A stretch of 59,487 bases of DNA, the filler included. It is 5 parts of 5 records of this genome, joined end to end, with 100 filler letters (N's around TTAATTAATTAA, not from the genome) between each part and the next. Parts side by side here need not be neighbours in the genome. Positions count along the whole stretch, not along the records: positions 20,719 to 30,882 come from DRR723986_9825; positions 30,983 to 36,732 come from DRR723986_9828; 3 more parts are not named here. One strand, 5' to 3'. The notes beneath the pieces are model-generated. The model ran no database searches. It worked only from the letters and a program-made list of their open reading frames with translations, and was not told the origin of the DNA. Below are positions 20,719-31,473 of the stretch, in pieces. The translations under genes were made by a program, and so were the position numbers. Numbering within the stretch: position 1 is the first letter of the stretch; each line of letters opens with the position of its first letter.

Positions 20719-22103
20719 TGGCGCTGACCGCCGGAAAACTCGTGCGGAAATTTCCTTCCGGCCGCCGCGCCCAGACCGACATGATCGAGCAGGTCATCGA
20801 CGATCTGGCGCACTTCCGCATTGCTTGACGCCAGACGGTGGAACTTGATCGGTTCCGCGATGATGTCGCTGACGCGCATGCGGGCGTTCAGCGAGGAATA
20901 GGGATCCTGAAAGATCATCTGCATCTGGCGACGCATCGCCAGAACGTCCTTGCGATTCTTGAGCGACGTCAGCTCGGTCTTGCCGAACAGGATCGACCCT
21001 CCGGTCGGCTGGTAGAGGCCGGTGATCAGGCGCGCGATGGTCGATTTGCCCGACCCGCTCTCGCCGACAAGACCGAAGGTCTCGCCTTCGTTGATGTCGA
21101 AACTGACCTTCTTGACCGCCTGGAAGTATTTGCGCTTGGACGGGAAGATCGAGCCACGGGTCTCGAACCGCATGTCGAGGTCCGTTGCCTTGACCAGCGG
21201 ACCGGACACTTTTTCATAGTCGCGTGCCTTGCCGAGCCAGTGTGTGGCGATGTCGATCTGCTTCTGTGGCGTGCCGGCCTTTTCGATGTAGTTGACCACC
21301 GGAAACCGCTCGACCTTGATATCAGGGCGTGGCACGGCGGAAATCAGACTCTGGGTGTAGGGGTGTTCCGGAGCGCCCAGCACCTGGGTCGTCTCGCCGT
21401 ATTCCACCAGTTCACCGTGGTACATCACCGCCACATGGTCCGTGATGTCGGCAATCACGCCCATGTCATGGGTGATCACCAGCATGGCGACGTTACGCTC
21501 CCGGCAAAGCTTCCTCATCAGTTCAAGGATCTGCGCCTGGATGGAAACGTCGAGCGCGGTTGTCGGCTCGTCCGCGATCACCAGCTCAGGTTCCGCACAC
21601 AGCGCAAGCGCGATGACCACCCTTTGGCGCATGCCGCCGGAAAACTGATGCGGATACTGCTTGATGCGTTCGGGCGCATCTGGAATGCCCACGGCTTCGA
21701 TCAGTTCGATCGCGCGCTGGCGGGCCTGCGATCCGGAGAGCGGCAAATGGGTGCGGATCGTCTCCACAAGCTGGCTTTCCACCGTCTGCAGCGGATCGAG
21801 AGACGTCAGTGGATCCTGGAAAATCATGCCGATCTTTCGGCCGCGCAAACGACGCTTTTCCTTGTAGGGCAATTGGTCGATGCGCTTGCCGTGAAGATAG
21901 ACCTCACCGCCGGCTATGTGTCCGGGTTCCTGCAGCAGCCCGATCACCGCGTTGCCGACTGTCGACTTGCCTGCACCCGATTCTCCGACGACGCCGAGAA
22001 CCTTGCCGGCATCGACGCTCAAGGTAACGTCATCGACGGCGACGAAGACAGATTTTCGGCCCGGAAACTCGACCCTCAGGTCCTTGATATCGAGAACGCT
22101 CAT
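20719..22103 (-). CDS. Peptide ABC transporter fused double ATP-binding protein (3' truncated)
   Basis: Two Walker A motifs (GESGAGKST, GESGSGKST) and FSGGMRQR. Confidence 0.93.
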
Positions 22104-22110
22104 ACCGGCC

Positions 22111-23088
22111 TCACCTGAGTTTCGGGTTGAGGGCGTCGCGCAGCCAGTCGCCCAGAAGGTTGACGTTCAACACCAGCAGGGCCAGTGCAAGGCCCGGGAA
22201 GATCGCGATCCACCACTCCCCCGAATAGAGGAAATCGTTGCCGATGGCGATCAATGTGCCGAGGGACGGCTGGGTAGGCGGCATGCCGACACCCAGGAAC
22301 GAGAGCGTCGCTTCGGTCACGATGGCAAGTGCCAGGTTGATGGTCGCGATCACAAGCACCGGTCCGGTGACGTTCGGCAGGATATGGCGCACCATGATGA
22401 TGACCGAGGGAATGCCGATCACGCGGGCGGCCTGAACATATTCCTTGTTCTTCTCCACCATAGTGGAACCGCGAACCGTGCGCGCATATTGCACCCAGAA
22501 GGACAGCGCCAGCGACACGATCAGAATGTAGAAGGCGAAGACCTCCCGGTCGATCGCGCCGAAGATGCCATGCGCGACACCGTCGATCAGAAGGGCGATC
22601 AGAATGGCCGGAAACGTCAGCTGAACGTCGGCAATCCGCATGATGATCGCATCTACCCGACCACCCATGTAGCCCGCGACGAGCCCCAGCGAGATGCCGA
22701 TGAAGGCGGCGACGACAACAGAGCAGAAGCCGACGATCAGCGAGATCCGCATGCCGTAGAAGATACCGGAGAGCATATCTCGGCCCTGATCGTCCGTTCC
22801 CAGGAGGAAGCGGGGATCGGCATATTCCATCCAGACCGGCGGAACGCGGGCGTCCATGATGGAAATCGACGCCAGGTCGAACGGATCATGTGGAGCAATC
22901 CACGGCGCCAGGAACGCAAGGAGGAACAGGATTGCCGTGCCGGTGGCAGCGACAACGGTGACCTTCGATTTCAGGAACGAATGAAAGAGGTCGCTGTCGA
23001 GAGCGCGGGCCATCCGCCCCGGTTCCTTGACCGGTGTCGCCCTGTCCTGAACGCTGGATTTTGCTTCTTCGTTGGTGACGAAAGGCAT
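22111..23088 (-). CDS. Peptide ABC transporter permease (DppC/OppC-like)
   Basis: LGTDDQGRD and EYVQAARVIG. ATG at 23088 follows GGAG. Confidence 0.92.
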   Translation of the reverse strand: MPFVTNEEAKSSVQDRATPVKEPGRMARALDSDLFHSFLKSKVTVVAATGTAILFLLAFLAPWIAPHDPFDLASISIMDARVPPVWMEYADPRFLLGTDDQGRDMLSGIFYGMRISLIVGFCSVVVAAFIGISLGLVAGYMGGRVDAIIMRIADVQLTFPAILIALLIDGVAHGIFGAIDREVFAFYILIVSLALSFWVQYARTVRGSTMVEKNKEYVQAARVIGIPSVIIMVRHILPNVTGPVLVIATINLALAIVTEATLSFLGVGMPPTQPSLGTLIAIGNDFLYSGEWWIAIFPGLALALLVLNVNLLGDWLRDALNPKLR

Positions 23089-23102
23089 GGCGTCGGTCTC
23101 CC

Positions 23103-24077
23103 TTATGGCCGACCGACCCGCAGACGCGGATCGATGAAGAAGTAAAGGATGTCGACGATGAAATTGATCGTCACGAACAGGAAGGCAGTCAGCAGCAAAT
23201 AGGCGGACATGATCGGAATATCGACGTTCTGCACGGCCTGCAGGAACATCAGGCCCATGCCGGGCCACTGGAAAACGGTCTCGGTGATGGTCGCGAAAGC
23301 GATGATCGCGCCAAGCTGCAGCCCGGTGATGGTGATGACCGGAACGAGCGTGTTCTTGAGGGCATGCCGGAAGTTCACCAGCCGGTCCGGCAGACCGCGC
23401 GCCTGGGCGAACTTGATGTAATCGGTCCGGATGACTTCCAGCATCTCGGCTCGGATCAGCCGCATGATCAGGGTCATCTGGTAGAGGCCGAGCGTGATGG
23501 AGGGCAGGATCAGCGCCTTCAGGCCGGAGATGGTCAGAAAGCCGGTCGTCCACCAGGATCCGATCTGCACGGTCTCGCCGCGTCCGAAGCTCGGCAGCCA
23601 CTGCAGCGTAACGGAAAACAGGAAGATCAGCAGGATACCGATGAAGAACGTCGGCAGCGAAATGCCGATCAGCGAAACTGACAGAAACAGCTTGGAAACG
23701 GGCGATTCCCGATTGAGCCCGGCGTAGATGCCCATGGGAATGCCGACAACGAGCGCAAACACCGCAGACGCGAAGCTGAGTTCGAGCGTGGCGGGTATGC
23801 GCTTGGCGAAAAGCTCGGAAACCGGCTGACGGAACTGGTAGGACGTGCCGAAATCGAATTGCGCGGCCTTGGTGACGAAACGGAAGAACTGGACCGGAAC
23901 CGGGTCGTTCAGACCCAGGCGCTCGCGCAGGGCCTCCCGTTCTTCGATCGAGGTTTCGATGCCGACCATCTGGTTGATGGGATCGCCGACAAAGCGGAAC
24001 ATGGTGAACGCGAGAAGGGCGACCACCAGCATGACAATCATCGCCTGCACGATGCGGCGCGTTGCAAATCCAATCAT
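23103..24077 (-). CDS. Peptide ABC transporter permease (DppB/OppB-like)
   Basis: PATLEL, DYIKFAQARG and ETVFQWPGMG. Confidence 0.93.
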   Translation of the reverse strand: MIGFATRRIVQAMIVMLVVALLAFTMFRFVGDPINQMVGIETSIEEREALRERLGLNDPVPVQFFRFVTKAAQFDFGTSYQFRQPVSELFAKRIPATLELSFASAVFALVVGIPMGIYAGLNRESPVSKLFLSVSLIGISLPTFFIGILLIFLFSVTLQWLPSFGRGETVQIGSWWTTGFLTISGLKALILPSITLGLYQMTLIMRLIRAEMLEVIRTDYIKFAQARGLPDRLVNFRHALKNTLVPVITITGLQLGAIIAFATITETVFQWPGMGLMFLQAVQNVDIPIMSAYLLLTAFLFVTINFIVDILYFFIDPRLRVGRP

Positions 24078-24104
24078 TTCGGCTCTTTGAATGCTTTAGT
24101 CATG

Positions 24105-24137
24105 AAAATACGCCCCCGGCGGAGTTGCCGGGAGCGT
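24105..24137 (-). terminator. Intra-operon stem-loop after the binding-protein gene
   Basis: ACGCCCCCGGC..GCCGGGAGCGT, followed on the minus strand by TATTTT. Confidence 0.55.
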
Positions 24138-24156
24138 CATTTGCTGTGCTTCAGGA

Positions 24157-25740
24157 TCAGTTCTTGGTCACGAAGCGGAACTGGAACTGGTTGTCGGCAC
24201 GCTGGACAAGGTCCAGCTTGTCGGAAACGCCCCATGCCAGGCTCTGCTGGTGCAGCGGGATGTAGTAGGCGTTCTCGTGGCTGATGCGGAAAGCTTCAGC
24301 AATCATGGCGTCACGCTTTTCCGGATCGATCTCGACCAGGATTTCATCGGTCAGCTGGTCGATCTTCTCGTCGCAGAAGCCACCGTTGTTGAACGGCGAA
24401 CCTTTGCCGGATTCGTCGCGGCAGTTCATCAGGTTGTCCAGAACGTTCCAGCTGTCGAAGGATCCGGGGGTCCAGCCAAGCAGGTAGAACGACGTATCGT
24501 AACCACCGGAAGCAAGGATCTTGGCGAAGTATTTCGCCTTTGGCTGGGCGTTGAGGTTCACCTTCACGCCGATACGAGCCAGCATGGCGGCAACCGCCTG
24601 GCAGATCGCCTCGTCGTTGACGTAGCGGTCATTCGGACAGTCCATGCCGATGGAAAAGCCGTCTGCATAGCCGGCTTCGGCCAGCAGTGCCTTGGCGGCT
24701 TCCGGGTCATAGGGATAACGCTCGAAATCGGCCGACTTGGAGAACAGCAGTGGCGAAACCATCAGGGCAGACGGGTTGGACAGGTCCCGCATGACCTTCT
24801 TCTTGATCCCCTCGATGTCGATCGCCTGGTAGAAGGCCTTGCGCACCCGGGCATCCTTGAGCGGGTTCTTGCCCTTGACGTCGGAATAGAGCAGCTCGTC
24901 GCGCATCTGGTCCATGCCCAGGAAGATCGTGCGCAGTTCCGGGCCGGTCAGCGCCTTGGTTCCCGCATTGTCGTTGATGCGTTTGATGTCCTGCACCGGG
25001 ATCGGGTAGACCATGTCCATCTCGCCGGACAGCAGCGCGGCAACGCGCGTTGCATCGGAACCGATCGGCGTGAATTCCACCGTGTCGATGTTGTGCTTGG
25101 CTTCGTCCCACCAGCCGTCGTATTTTTCATAGACGGTCTTCACGCCGGCTTCATGGCTGACGATCTTGAAGGGTCCGGTACCATTTGCATTGAGCGCGGC
25201 ATGGTTCGCAGAAGTGTCGGACGCCGAGGTGACTTTCACCGCGTCGTTCTCCGTCGTCCACTCCTTGTCCATGATGTAGAACGTGTCCCACTCGTAATGC
25301 AGGATCGGGTTCGGACCGGTGAGAACGAAATCGACCGTGTAGTCGTCAACAATCTCGACCTTGGCATCAGCCGGGACGCGGGTGGTCAGGTCAGACCCTT
25401 CCGAGCGCACGCGGTCGACGGAAAAGGCAACGTCTTCGGCAGTGAAATCGCTGCCGTTGTGAAACTTTACGCCCTTGCGCAGGTGGAAACGCCAGCGGTT
25501 CGGATCGACGATTTCCCAGCTCTCGGCCAGGGCCGGTTCAATGGCCAGATCCGGACCACGGCGCGTCAGGCCTTCATAGGTATTGCCGAGCGACGACAGG
25601 GTGAAGGTCTCGTTGAGACTGTAGGGATCAAGCGCGTTCAGTGCACCCTGAAAGGCAAATTTCAGCGTCTCAGCATGAACAGCAGTCCCCGTTCCCGCCG
25701 CAAACAGCGCTGCGGCGATGACAATTTTTCTTTTGTTCAT
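24157..25740 (-). CDS. Peptide ABC transporter substrate-binding protein (family 5)
   Basis: Signal peptide MNKRKIVI.., PALAESW, FHLRKGVKFH and GTGPF. Confidence 0.94.
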   Translation of the reverse strand: MNKRKIVIAAALFAAGTGTAVHAETLKFAFQGALNALDPYSLNETFTLSSLGNTYEGLTRRGPDLAIEPALAESWEIVDPNRWRFHLRKGVKFHNGSDFTAEDVAFSVDRVRSEGSDLTTRVPADAKVEIVDDYTVDFVLTGPNPILHYEWDTFYIMDKEWTTENDAVKVTSASDTSANHAALNANGTGPFKIVSHEAGVKTVYEKYDGWWDEAKHNIDTVEFTPIGSDATRVAALLSGEMDMVYPIPVQDIKRINDNAGTKALTGPELRTIFLGMDQMRDELLYSDVKGKNPLKDARVRKAFYQAIDIEGIKKKVMRDLSNPSALMVSPLLFSKSADFERYPYDPEAAKALLAEAGYADGFSIGMDCPNDRYVNDEAICQAVAAMLARIGVKVNLNAQPKAKYFAKILASGGYDTSFYLLGWTPGSFDSWNVLDNLMNCRDESGKGSPFNNGGFCDEKIDQLTDEILVEIDPEKRDAMIAEAFRISHENAYYIPLHQQSLAWGVSDKLDLVQRADNQFQFRFVTKN

Positions 25741-25856
25741 AGTCCCCTCGTTTTCCGGTTTCGGCTTTGCTCCACGGCCGCACCCCCCTGCCAGGACCAT
25801 GCGGCCATGTTGTCAAAAACGACTATGACATCGTAAATCTCTGTGTTCAAACCCGT

Positions 25857-27026
25857 TTAGCTGTCAAATTGCGACATTCTGTCAATCAGCTTGTCGAGGA
25901 AGGCAGCGCAGCGGTCGAGTTCGGAAAGCTCGATAAATTCGTCGGGTTGATGGGCCTGATCGATGGATCCGGGACCGCAAACCACGGTCGAAAGTCCGTG
26001 ATCCTGGAAGATCCCGCCTTCGGTGGCATAGACCACGACGTTGCGGCTGTTGTCGCCGGTCAGGCGCCTGGCAGTCGTTTCCGCAAGCCCGTCCGGCTCC
26101 TCTCCCAGCCCAGGCACATAGGCAAGTTCTCTCACCTCGATGGCGCAGTCCGGAGAGATCGCTTTCATTCCCGGCAGAACCTCATTTTCGATGAAGGCCC
26201 GGTAGGCGGCGACCCAGTCCTTCGCGTGTTCACCCGGCAGCAGCCGGATATCGGTCACGAATTCGCAGTGCTGGGCCGTGATGTTGTGTGCCTGGCCGCC
26301 GGAAATGGTGCCGCAATGCAAGGTGGTGTAGGGCGGTTCGAACGGGCAGTCAGGATCGGCCTTGGCCCGGTTCTCCGCGGTTCTGGCATCCAGCCATCCG
26401 ATCAGCCTGGCCGCCGCCGAAATCGCCGAAACACCCCGGTGCAACTGGCTGGAATGGACCGGATGTCCCTGGATGCGCGTCTTCAGTACCGTAATGCCCT
26501 TGTGGCCCGTGACGACCTTCATGCTGGTCGGTTCGCCCACAATCACCACCGAAGGGCGCGGGCCGTTTGCCAGCATTTCAGGGATCAGCACCCTGGCCCC
26601 GTCGCAGCCGGTTTCCTCGTCATAGGACAGCGCGATGTGGATGGGCCGTCTGAGCGGTGCATTCAGAAAATCCGGAACCTTGGCAAGTACAGTTGCCGCG
26701 AAGCCTTTCATGTCCGCCGCGCCACGGCCGTAGAGGCGGCCGTTTTCCTCCCAGGCGGAAAAAGGATCGTGAGACCAGTTCTGGCCCGCCACCGGAACGA
26801 CATCGGTGTGGGCGGACAGGACGGTTCCGCCGTCGATATCCGGACCGATGCGGGCATAAAGAGCGGCCTTTTGGCCCGTTTCATCCAGCGCCCGCCCTGA
26901 AGTGACACCCCATTGGCTGAGATAGTCTTCGACGAAGGTGATCAGATCGAGGTTGCTTCGATCCGAAACGGTGTTGAAGGAGATCAGTTTCTCCAGCATT
27001 TCCCGAGGCGTGTAGGTCCGGCTCAC
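25857..27026 (-). CDS. argE: Acetylornithine deacetylase (M20)
   Basis: SAHTDVVP, GRGAADMKGF, YDEETG and QAHQPDE. GTG at 27026 follows GGAG. Confidence 0.9.
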   Translation of the reverse strand: MSRTYTPREMLEKLISFNTVSDRSNLDLITFVEDYLSQWGVTSGRALDETGQKAALYARIGPDIDGGTVLSAHTDVVPVAGQNWSHDPFSAWEENGRLYGRGAADMKGFAATVLAKVPDFLNAPLRRPIHIALSYDEETGCDGARVLIPEMLANGPRPSVVIVGEPTSMKVVTGHKGITVLKTRIQGHPVHSSQLHRGVSAISAAARLIGWLDARTAENRAKADPDCPFEPPYTTLHCGTISGGQAHNITAQHCEFVTDIRLLPGEHAKDWVAAYRAFIENEVLPGMKAISPDCAIEVRELAYVPGLGEEPDGLAETTARRLTGDNSRNVVVYATEGGIFQDHGLSTVVCGPGSIDQAHQPDEFIELSELDRCAAFLDKLIDRMSQFDS

Positions 27027-27063
27027 GTGGTCTCCAGAGGTTTTGTGACAGGGAGGATGGGTC

Positions 27064-28842
27064 TCAGGCGGGAACGGCGTCAGCGAGATGGAGACCATCT
27101 AAGCTTTTCACCGCAAGGATTTGCAAGGGGATTTCCTTGCCGCGCACCTTGATCTCGGCCTCTTCGGCACCGTCGATCCGCGCGCCTGCCGCATCGACAA
27201 CAGCCTTGGAAACAACCATGAAGCTGCCGTGGTTCTTGTTCTCCGTTTCCAGCCGGCTTGCGGTGTTGACCACGTCGCCAAGCGCAGTCAGCCCGCCCCG
27301 TTTGCCTGCCGTTCCGGCGGCGCCGATGCGACCGAGAATGGCCGGCCCCAGATGCAGGCCGATGCCGAGCCGGATCGGATCGCGAAACTGCGGACCCTTG
27401 TCCTTGTCGAGCGATTTCATGACCTTCTCGATACGGCGGCAGGCGGCAAGAGCCTGCCGAGCGCCGGTTTCAGCGTTGCTGTCCATGCCGAAGATGGCCA
27501 TGATGCCGTCACCAATAAACTTGTCGACATAGCCGCCCTCCTCCCGGATCGCGGCTGAGGCCTGGTCCAGGTAGCTGTTGAGCAGATAAACCACGTCATA
27601 GGCGAGCTGGCTTTCGGTGATGCCGGTGAAATTGCGCAGGTCCACGAACATGACCACCACATCCTGCTCGACGCCCCAGTAATAGGCGTCCTTCAGGTGT
27701 TCGCCGATAATTGCACTGGCCTTGACCGGTACAAGGGGCTGCACTTCCACGTTGCTTTCCGGGCGCGCCTGGCAGGCCAGCCGAATGTCGCTTCCCGCGC
27801 CGATCCGCGTCAGCACCGCAGCTTCGGCAACACTCGGTTTCGGCAAGGTTTCGCCGCCTTCCAGAATTTTCACCCGGCAGGTGGAGCATCTGGCCCGCCC
27901 GCCGCATACCGATGCGATGGGTATGTCGTTCATGCGGCTGATTTCCAGCAGCGTTGCGCCCGGTTGCGCCTTCACCGTCAGTCCGCCCGGATACACCACG
28001 GTCAGGCTGCGCGCTTTCAGGCTGAGAAGGTAACGGATCAGGATGGCCAGCAGGCTGACGGCAATCAGGCCGAACACGACCGCGCGGAACTGAACGACGA
28101 CCTCGCTGGCCCACAATTGCTGGTCCGGAGTGATTCGGAGGGTTACGTCACGGCTGAGGGCCAGTCGGCGGGCGCCTTCAATCCAGCCCCAGATGGCAAG
28201 CACCGGCATTGCAAAGGCAAACCCGGCCGCCAGCGGCTTCAGCTTCTGGTAAGCCGGATAAAGGCGCAGGAAGAAGTGCAGGCCGATCATGGCGTGGGTC
28301 CACACCATGAGCAGCAGAATAGACTGATTGACCGCCGCATTCGGCCACAGCAGCGTCAGCATCTGCTCGTAGAGCGGCAGGAAGCCGAACTCCTTGGCAA
28401 CGCCCATGGTCGTGGTGACATGCGGTATCAGGAGCCAGGGAATGTAAAGACCGAGGGCGAGCTGTAAAAGCTCCCAACGGGACATCTTCAACGTTCGCCG
28501 TTTGCTTGTCCGCCACAAGGCGAGCAGCACATGGGTCAGCGCTGCGAGGATGAGGACAGTTTCCCCAAGCGGGCTTCTCCAGACCCAGTAGTGCCAGATC
28601 GAGGCCTGGTCCATCGCCTGGAAGGAAATGATGCCGAGGGCGTGATTTGAAAAATGGCTGAGGCAGAAAGTGAACAGGATCAGGCCGCTCCACAGCCGGA
28701 GCCGCTGACGCCAGTTCCCTCCGGCAACCATGACACTGTCGGACTTCTTGCCCGGTTTTGCAGCCGAAGCGGACTTTTCAGAAGATTTGGCGGCCGTCGC
28801 GGGCCTGTTTGGCCGGCTTGTGCCGGGGGCCTCTTCCTGCAT
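27064..28842 (-). CDS. Class III adenylate cyclase with His-rich membrane domain and 2Fe-2S ferredoxin domain (CyaC-like)
   Basis: Transmembrane helices with His, CGGRARCSTC..RLACQ, FVDLRNFT, DKFIGDG and GDVVNTASRLE. Confidence 0.9.
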   Translation of the reverse strand: MQEEAPGTSRPNRPATAAKSSEKSASAAKPGKKSDSVMVAGGNWRQRLRLWSGLILFTFCLSHFSNHALGIISFQAMDQASIWHYWVWRSPLGETVLILAALTHVLLALWRTSKRRTLKMSRWELLQLALGLYIPWLLIPHVTTTMGVAKEFGFLPLYEQMLTLLWPNAAVNQSILLLMVWTHAMIGLHFFLRLYPAYQKLKPLAAGFAFAMPVLAIWGWIEGARRLALSRDVTLRITPDQQLWASEVVVQFRAVVFGLIAVSLLAILIRYLLSLKARSLTVVYPGGLTVKAQPGATLLEISRMNDIPIASVCGGRARCSTCRVKILEGGETLPKPSVAEAAVLTRIGAGSDIRLACQARPESNVEVQPLVPVKASAIIGEHLKDAYYWGVEQDVVVMFVDLRNFTGITESQLAYDVVYLLNSYLDQASAAIREEGGYVDKFIGDGIMAIFGMDSNAETGARQALAACRRIEKVMKSLDKDKGPQFRDPIRLGIGLHLGPAILGRIGAAGTAGKRGGLTALGDVVNTASRLETENKNHGSFMVVSKAVVDAAGARIDGAEEAEIKVRGKEIPLQILAVKSLDGLHLADAVPA

Positions 28843-29115
28843 GTATTTTCAGTCTCCGGTCTGGCCGTTCCGGCCTTCTGCCGGTCCACCCTGTCAATTG
28901 CCACTTGAAGCGCGGGGGGCAGCCGAGGTCAAGGAGGCAAAAAGGAAATGCGGTGAACTGCCCGTGAAGGCACGCGAAACGTGGAAAACTCCTCGGCATG
29001 AAGGCACTGTCAGCTCAATTTTCGCAAAATTTCGGGTTTTCTTCGGCTATGACCTTGCATCCCGGGCGTCAGTCGGCACATTCCGGGCCGGACATCCAAC
29101 AACCGGGAAGAGGCA

Positions 29116-29475
29116 ATGAAGGTCTACGGCATCAAGAACTGCGACACCGTCAAGAAGGCGCGGAAGTTTCTGGAAGAGGCCGGCGTGCCTTATGAATTCC
29201 ACGACTACAAGAAGGATGGCGTCGATGCCGATCGACTGGCCGGCTTTGTCGGTGAATTCGGATGGGAGTCTATCCTGAACAAGCGCGGCACCACGTGGCG
29301 GCGCCTGGACGAAGCGACACAGGACAGCGTTGTCGATGCCAAGAGTGCACTTGACGTGATGATCGAGAACCCGTCCGTTATCAAAAGGCCGATCGTGGCA
29401 GGCGAAACCAAGAATTTCGTCGGCTTTGACCCTGTCGCATGGGAAATGGCACTGGAACTGGGCGAGCTGAAGTAG
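29116..29475 (+). CDS. ArsC/Spx-family reductase (YffB-like)
   Basis: YGIKNCDTVKKA, NKRGTTWR and IKRPI. Confidence 0.92.
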   Translation: MKVYGIKNCDTVKKARKFLEEAGVPYEFHDYKKDGVDADRLAGFVGEFGWESILNKRGTTWRRLDEATQDSVVDAKSALDVMIENPSVIKRPIVAGETKNFVGFDPVAWEMALELGELK

Positions 29476-29498
29476 CGGTTGCCGTCACTGGCCAATCA

Positions 29499-29518
29499 GG
29501 CCCGGTACATACCGGGCC
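29499..29518. terminator. Hairpin between convergent genes
   Basis: GGCCCGGTA-CA-TACCGGGCC. Confidence 0.5.
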
Positions 29519-29539
29519 GGGCTTTTGCCTGCCAGGCGG

Positions 29540-29956
29540 TTACCAGGTCCGGCGCGGGCCGGTGTCGATGTGGTAGTGGCCGGAAGAATAGTGCTTGTAT
29601 CCGCCAACTTCCGGCTGTGATTTCAAGAAGGCAATGACGGACGACGGGTTGCCACGGACCGAAAAATCGACCGCCCGGCAGTTGAGGTGATAGGAATCCT
29701 TGGCGCCACCCTTCCACCAATTCTCAAGCCACCAGCGCTTGGTCGAGCTGACAGTCACTTTGCCATAGCGGGATGCAACCCGGTTTAGAACCTTCTTCAG
29801 CTTGCGCGGCACGCACCAGGAACTGTCGTTATAGTCGATGGAATTGTGGGATGCGGTCATCCAGCCCATGCCGGTAACACCGGCGACGGTTCCGCAGCCG
29901 GCAAGTGTGACAGTCAATCCTAGGAATACGATCCAGGCGGTGAGGCGCTGACGCAT
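29540..29956 (-). CDS. Peptidase M15/YcbK-family lipoprotein (D-Ala-D-Ala metallopeptidase-like)
   Basis: Lipobox LAGC and Zn motifs SYHLNCRAVD and HIDTG. Confidence 0.85.
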   Translation of the reverse strand: MRQRLTAWIVFLGLTVTLAGCGTVAGVTGMGWMTASHNSIDYNDSSWCVPRKLKKVLNRVASRYGKVTVSSTKRWWLENWWKGGAKDSYHLNCRAVDFSVRGNPSSVIAFLKSQPEVGGYKHYSSGHYHIDTGPRRTW

Positions 29957-30144
29957 GACGGGCGGCCTTCGGTTACTGATTACAATCTCGTCCCCCGCGC
30001 GCAGGCTGATTGAATTTTATTAAAATTCTAATGAAAAACGTGGTTAACGCACCTACGAAACAAATGTTTCAGGCGCTGCCGTTTTCTGATACAAATGCGT
30101 CAACCCAATGTGGGCTGTCCCGTCAGTTGTCGGATGCGTTTGCC

Positions 30145-30882
30145 ATGTCTCATGTTTTTCCCCGCCACACCAAAGCCGATCTCCCCGTCGCAGTAACAGG
30201 GGACGGTTGCTACATTCTCGATCGGTCCGGAAAGAAATATTTCGATGGATCCGGCGGCGCCGCGGTTTCCTGTCTCGGGCACAGCGATCCGGATGTGATC
30301 GCTGCCATCAAGGCCCAGGTGGACCGGATCGCCTTCGCCCATACAGGCTTTTTCACCAGCGAACCTGCAGAGGAACTGGCGGACCTCCTGATCGGAAAAG
30401 CACCGGGCAATCTGGACCGCGTCTATTTCGTCTCCGGTGGATCGGAAGCCATGGAGGCGGCGCTGAAGCTGGCGCGTCAGTATTTCCTGGAGAAGGGGGA
30501 AGCGTCGCGGCACCGGGTAATTGCCCGCAGGCAGAGCTACCATGGCAACACGCTTGGTGCGCTGGCAACCGGCGGCAACCAGTGGCGGCGGGAGCCTTTT
30601 GCACCGTTGATGATCGATACCACCCATATTGCCCCCTGTTACGAGTATCGGGACCGCCGCGAGGGGGAAACCGCCTTCGACTACGGTCAGCGGATCGCCA
30701 ACGAACTGGATGCGGAAATCCTTCGGCTCGGGCCGGAAAACGTCATGGCTTTCGTTGCCGAACCGGTTGTCGGTGCGACGGCGGGTGCCCTGCCGCCGGT
30801 CGAAGGTTATTTCAAGCGGATCCGGGAGATCTGCGATAAGTACGGCGTGCTTCTGATCCTGGACGAGGTCATGTGCGGCATG
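30145..30882 (+). CDS. Class III aminotransferase (3' truncated)
   Basis: DGSGGAAVSCLGH, SGGSEA, SYHGNT and DEVMCG. Confidence 0.92.
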
Positions 30883-30982
30883 NNNNNNNNNNNNNNNNNN
30901 NNNNNNNNNNNNNNNNNNNNNNNNNNTTAATTAATTAANNNNNNNNNNNNNNNNNNNNNNNNNNNNNNNNNNNNNNNNNNNN
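30883..30982. other. Artificial contig spacer
   Basis: N44-TTAATTAATTAA-N44. Confidence 0.98.
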
Positions 30983-31349
30983 CCGCCGCGATATGCAGTT
31001 CATGCAAAATGGGCGCAAGGTTTTCAAAGAAGTTCTGCCCATGGTCAGCCAACACATTTCCGAGCATATGACCGATGTCGGCGTGGCCAACACTGACCTG
31101 AAACGCCTTTGGCTACATCAAGCCAACAAAACAATGAATGATTTCATTGGCAAAAAGGTTCTGGGACGCACCCCAGCCGATGGAGAGCAACCCAATATCT
31201 TGCAGGATTACGCCAACACGTCATCGGCCGGGTCCATAATTGCGTTTTCCCAAAACTCCAACGACTTGGGCGAAGGCGATCTGGGTCTGATCTGTTCGTT
31301 TGGAGCCGGGTATTCGGTCGGGTCTGTCATTGTGCAGCGGCACGCCTGA
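30983..31349 (+). CDS. fabH: Beta-ketoacyl-ACP synthase III, C-terminal part (5' truncated)
   Basis: WLHQAN, ANTSSAG and SFGAGYS. Confidence 0.88.
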
Positions 31350-31393
31350 GCTGACAGAGCAACCAAAACACAAGACGTTTCATGTGTTCTATT

Positions 31394-31435
31394 GTCAAAA
31401 GGCCCCCGGCGCATATGCGTCAGGGGCCTTTTGAC
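31394..31435. terminator. Bidirectional rho-independent terminator
   Basis: GTCAAAAGGCCCC..GGGGCCTTTTGAC between convergent genes. Confidence 0.8.
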
Positions 31436-31473
31436 GTTTTACGAGATCCAAGCGGAAAACCCGGTGTCGCCAC

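Noticed and set aside
22111-23601. 496-aa extended permease from the ORF track
   Set aside because: The extension overlaps the upstream permease in another frame; the RBS-supported start is at 23088.
24250-25836. 528-aa plus-strand ORF, and similar long antisense ORFs (8437-9888, 14268-15377, 20838-22118, 21916-23145, 25767-26900)
   Set aside because: These are shadows of well-supported opposite-strand genes in GC-rich DNA, with no recognisable motifs.
25857-30882. Second M20 deacylase and class III aminotransferase as a duplication of the 5801-9786 genes
   Set aside because: They are on a different contig, are divergent in sequence and belong to very common families.
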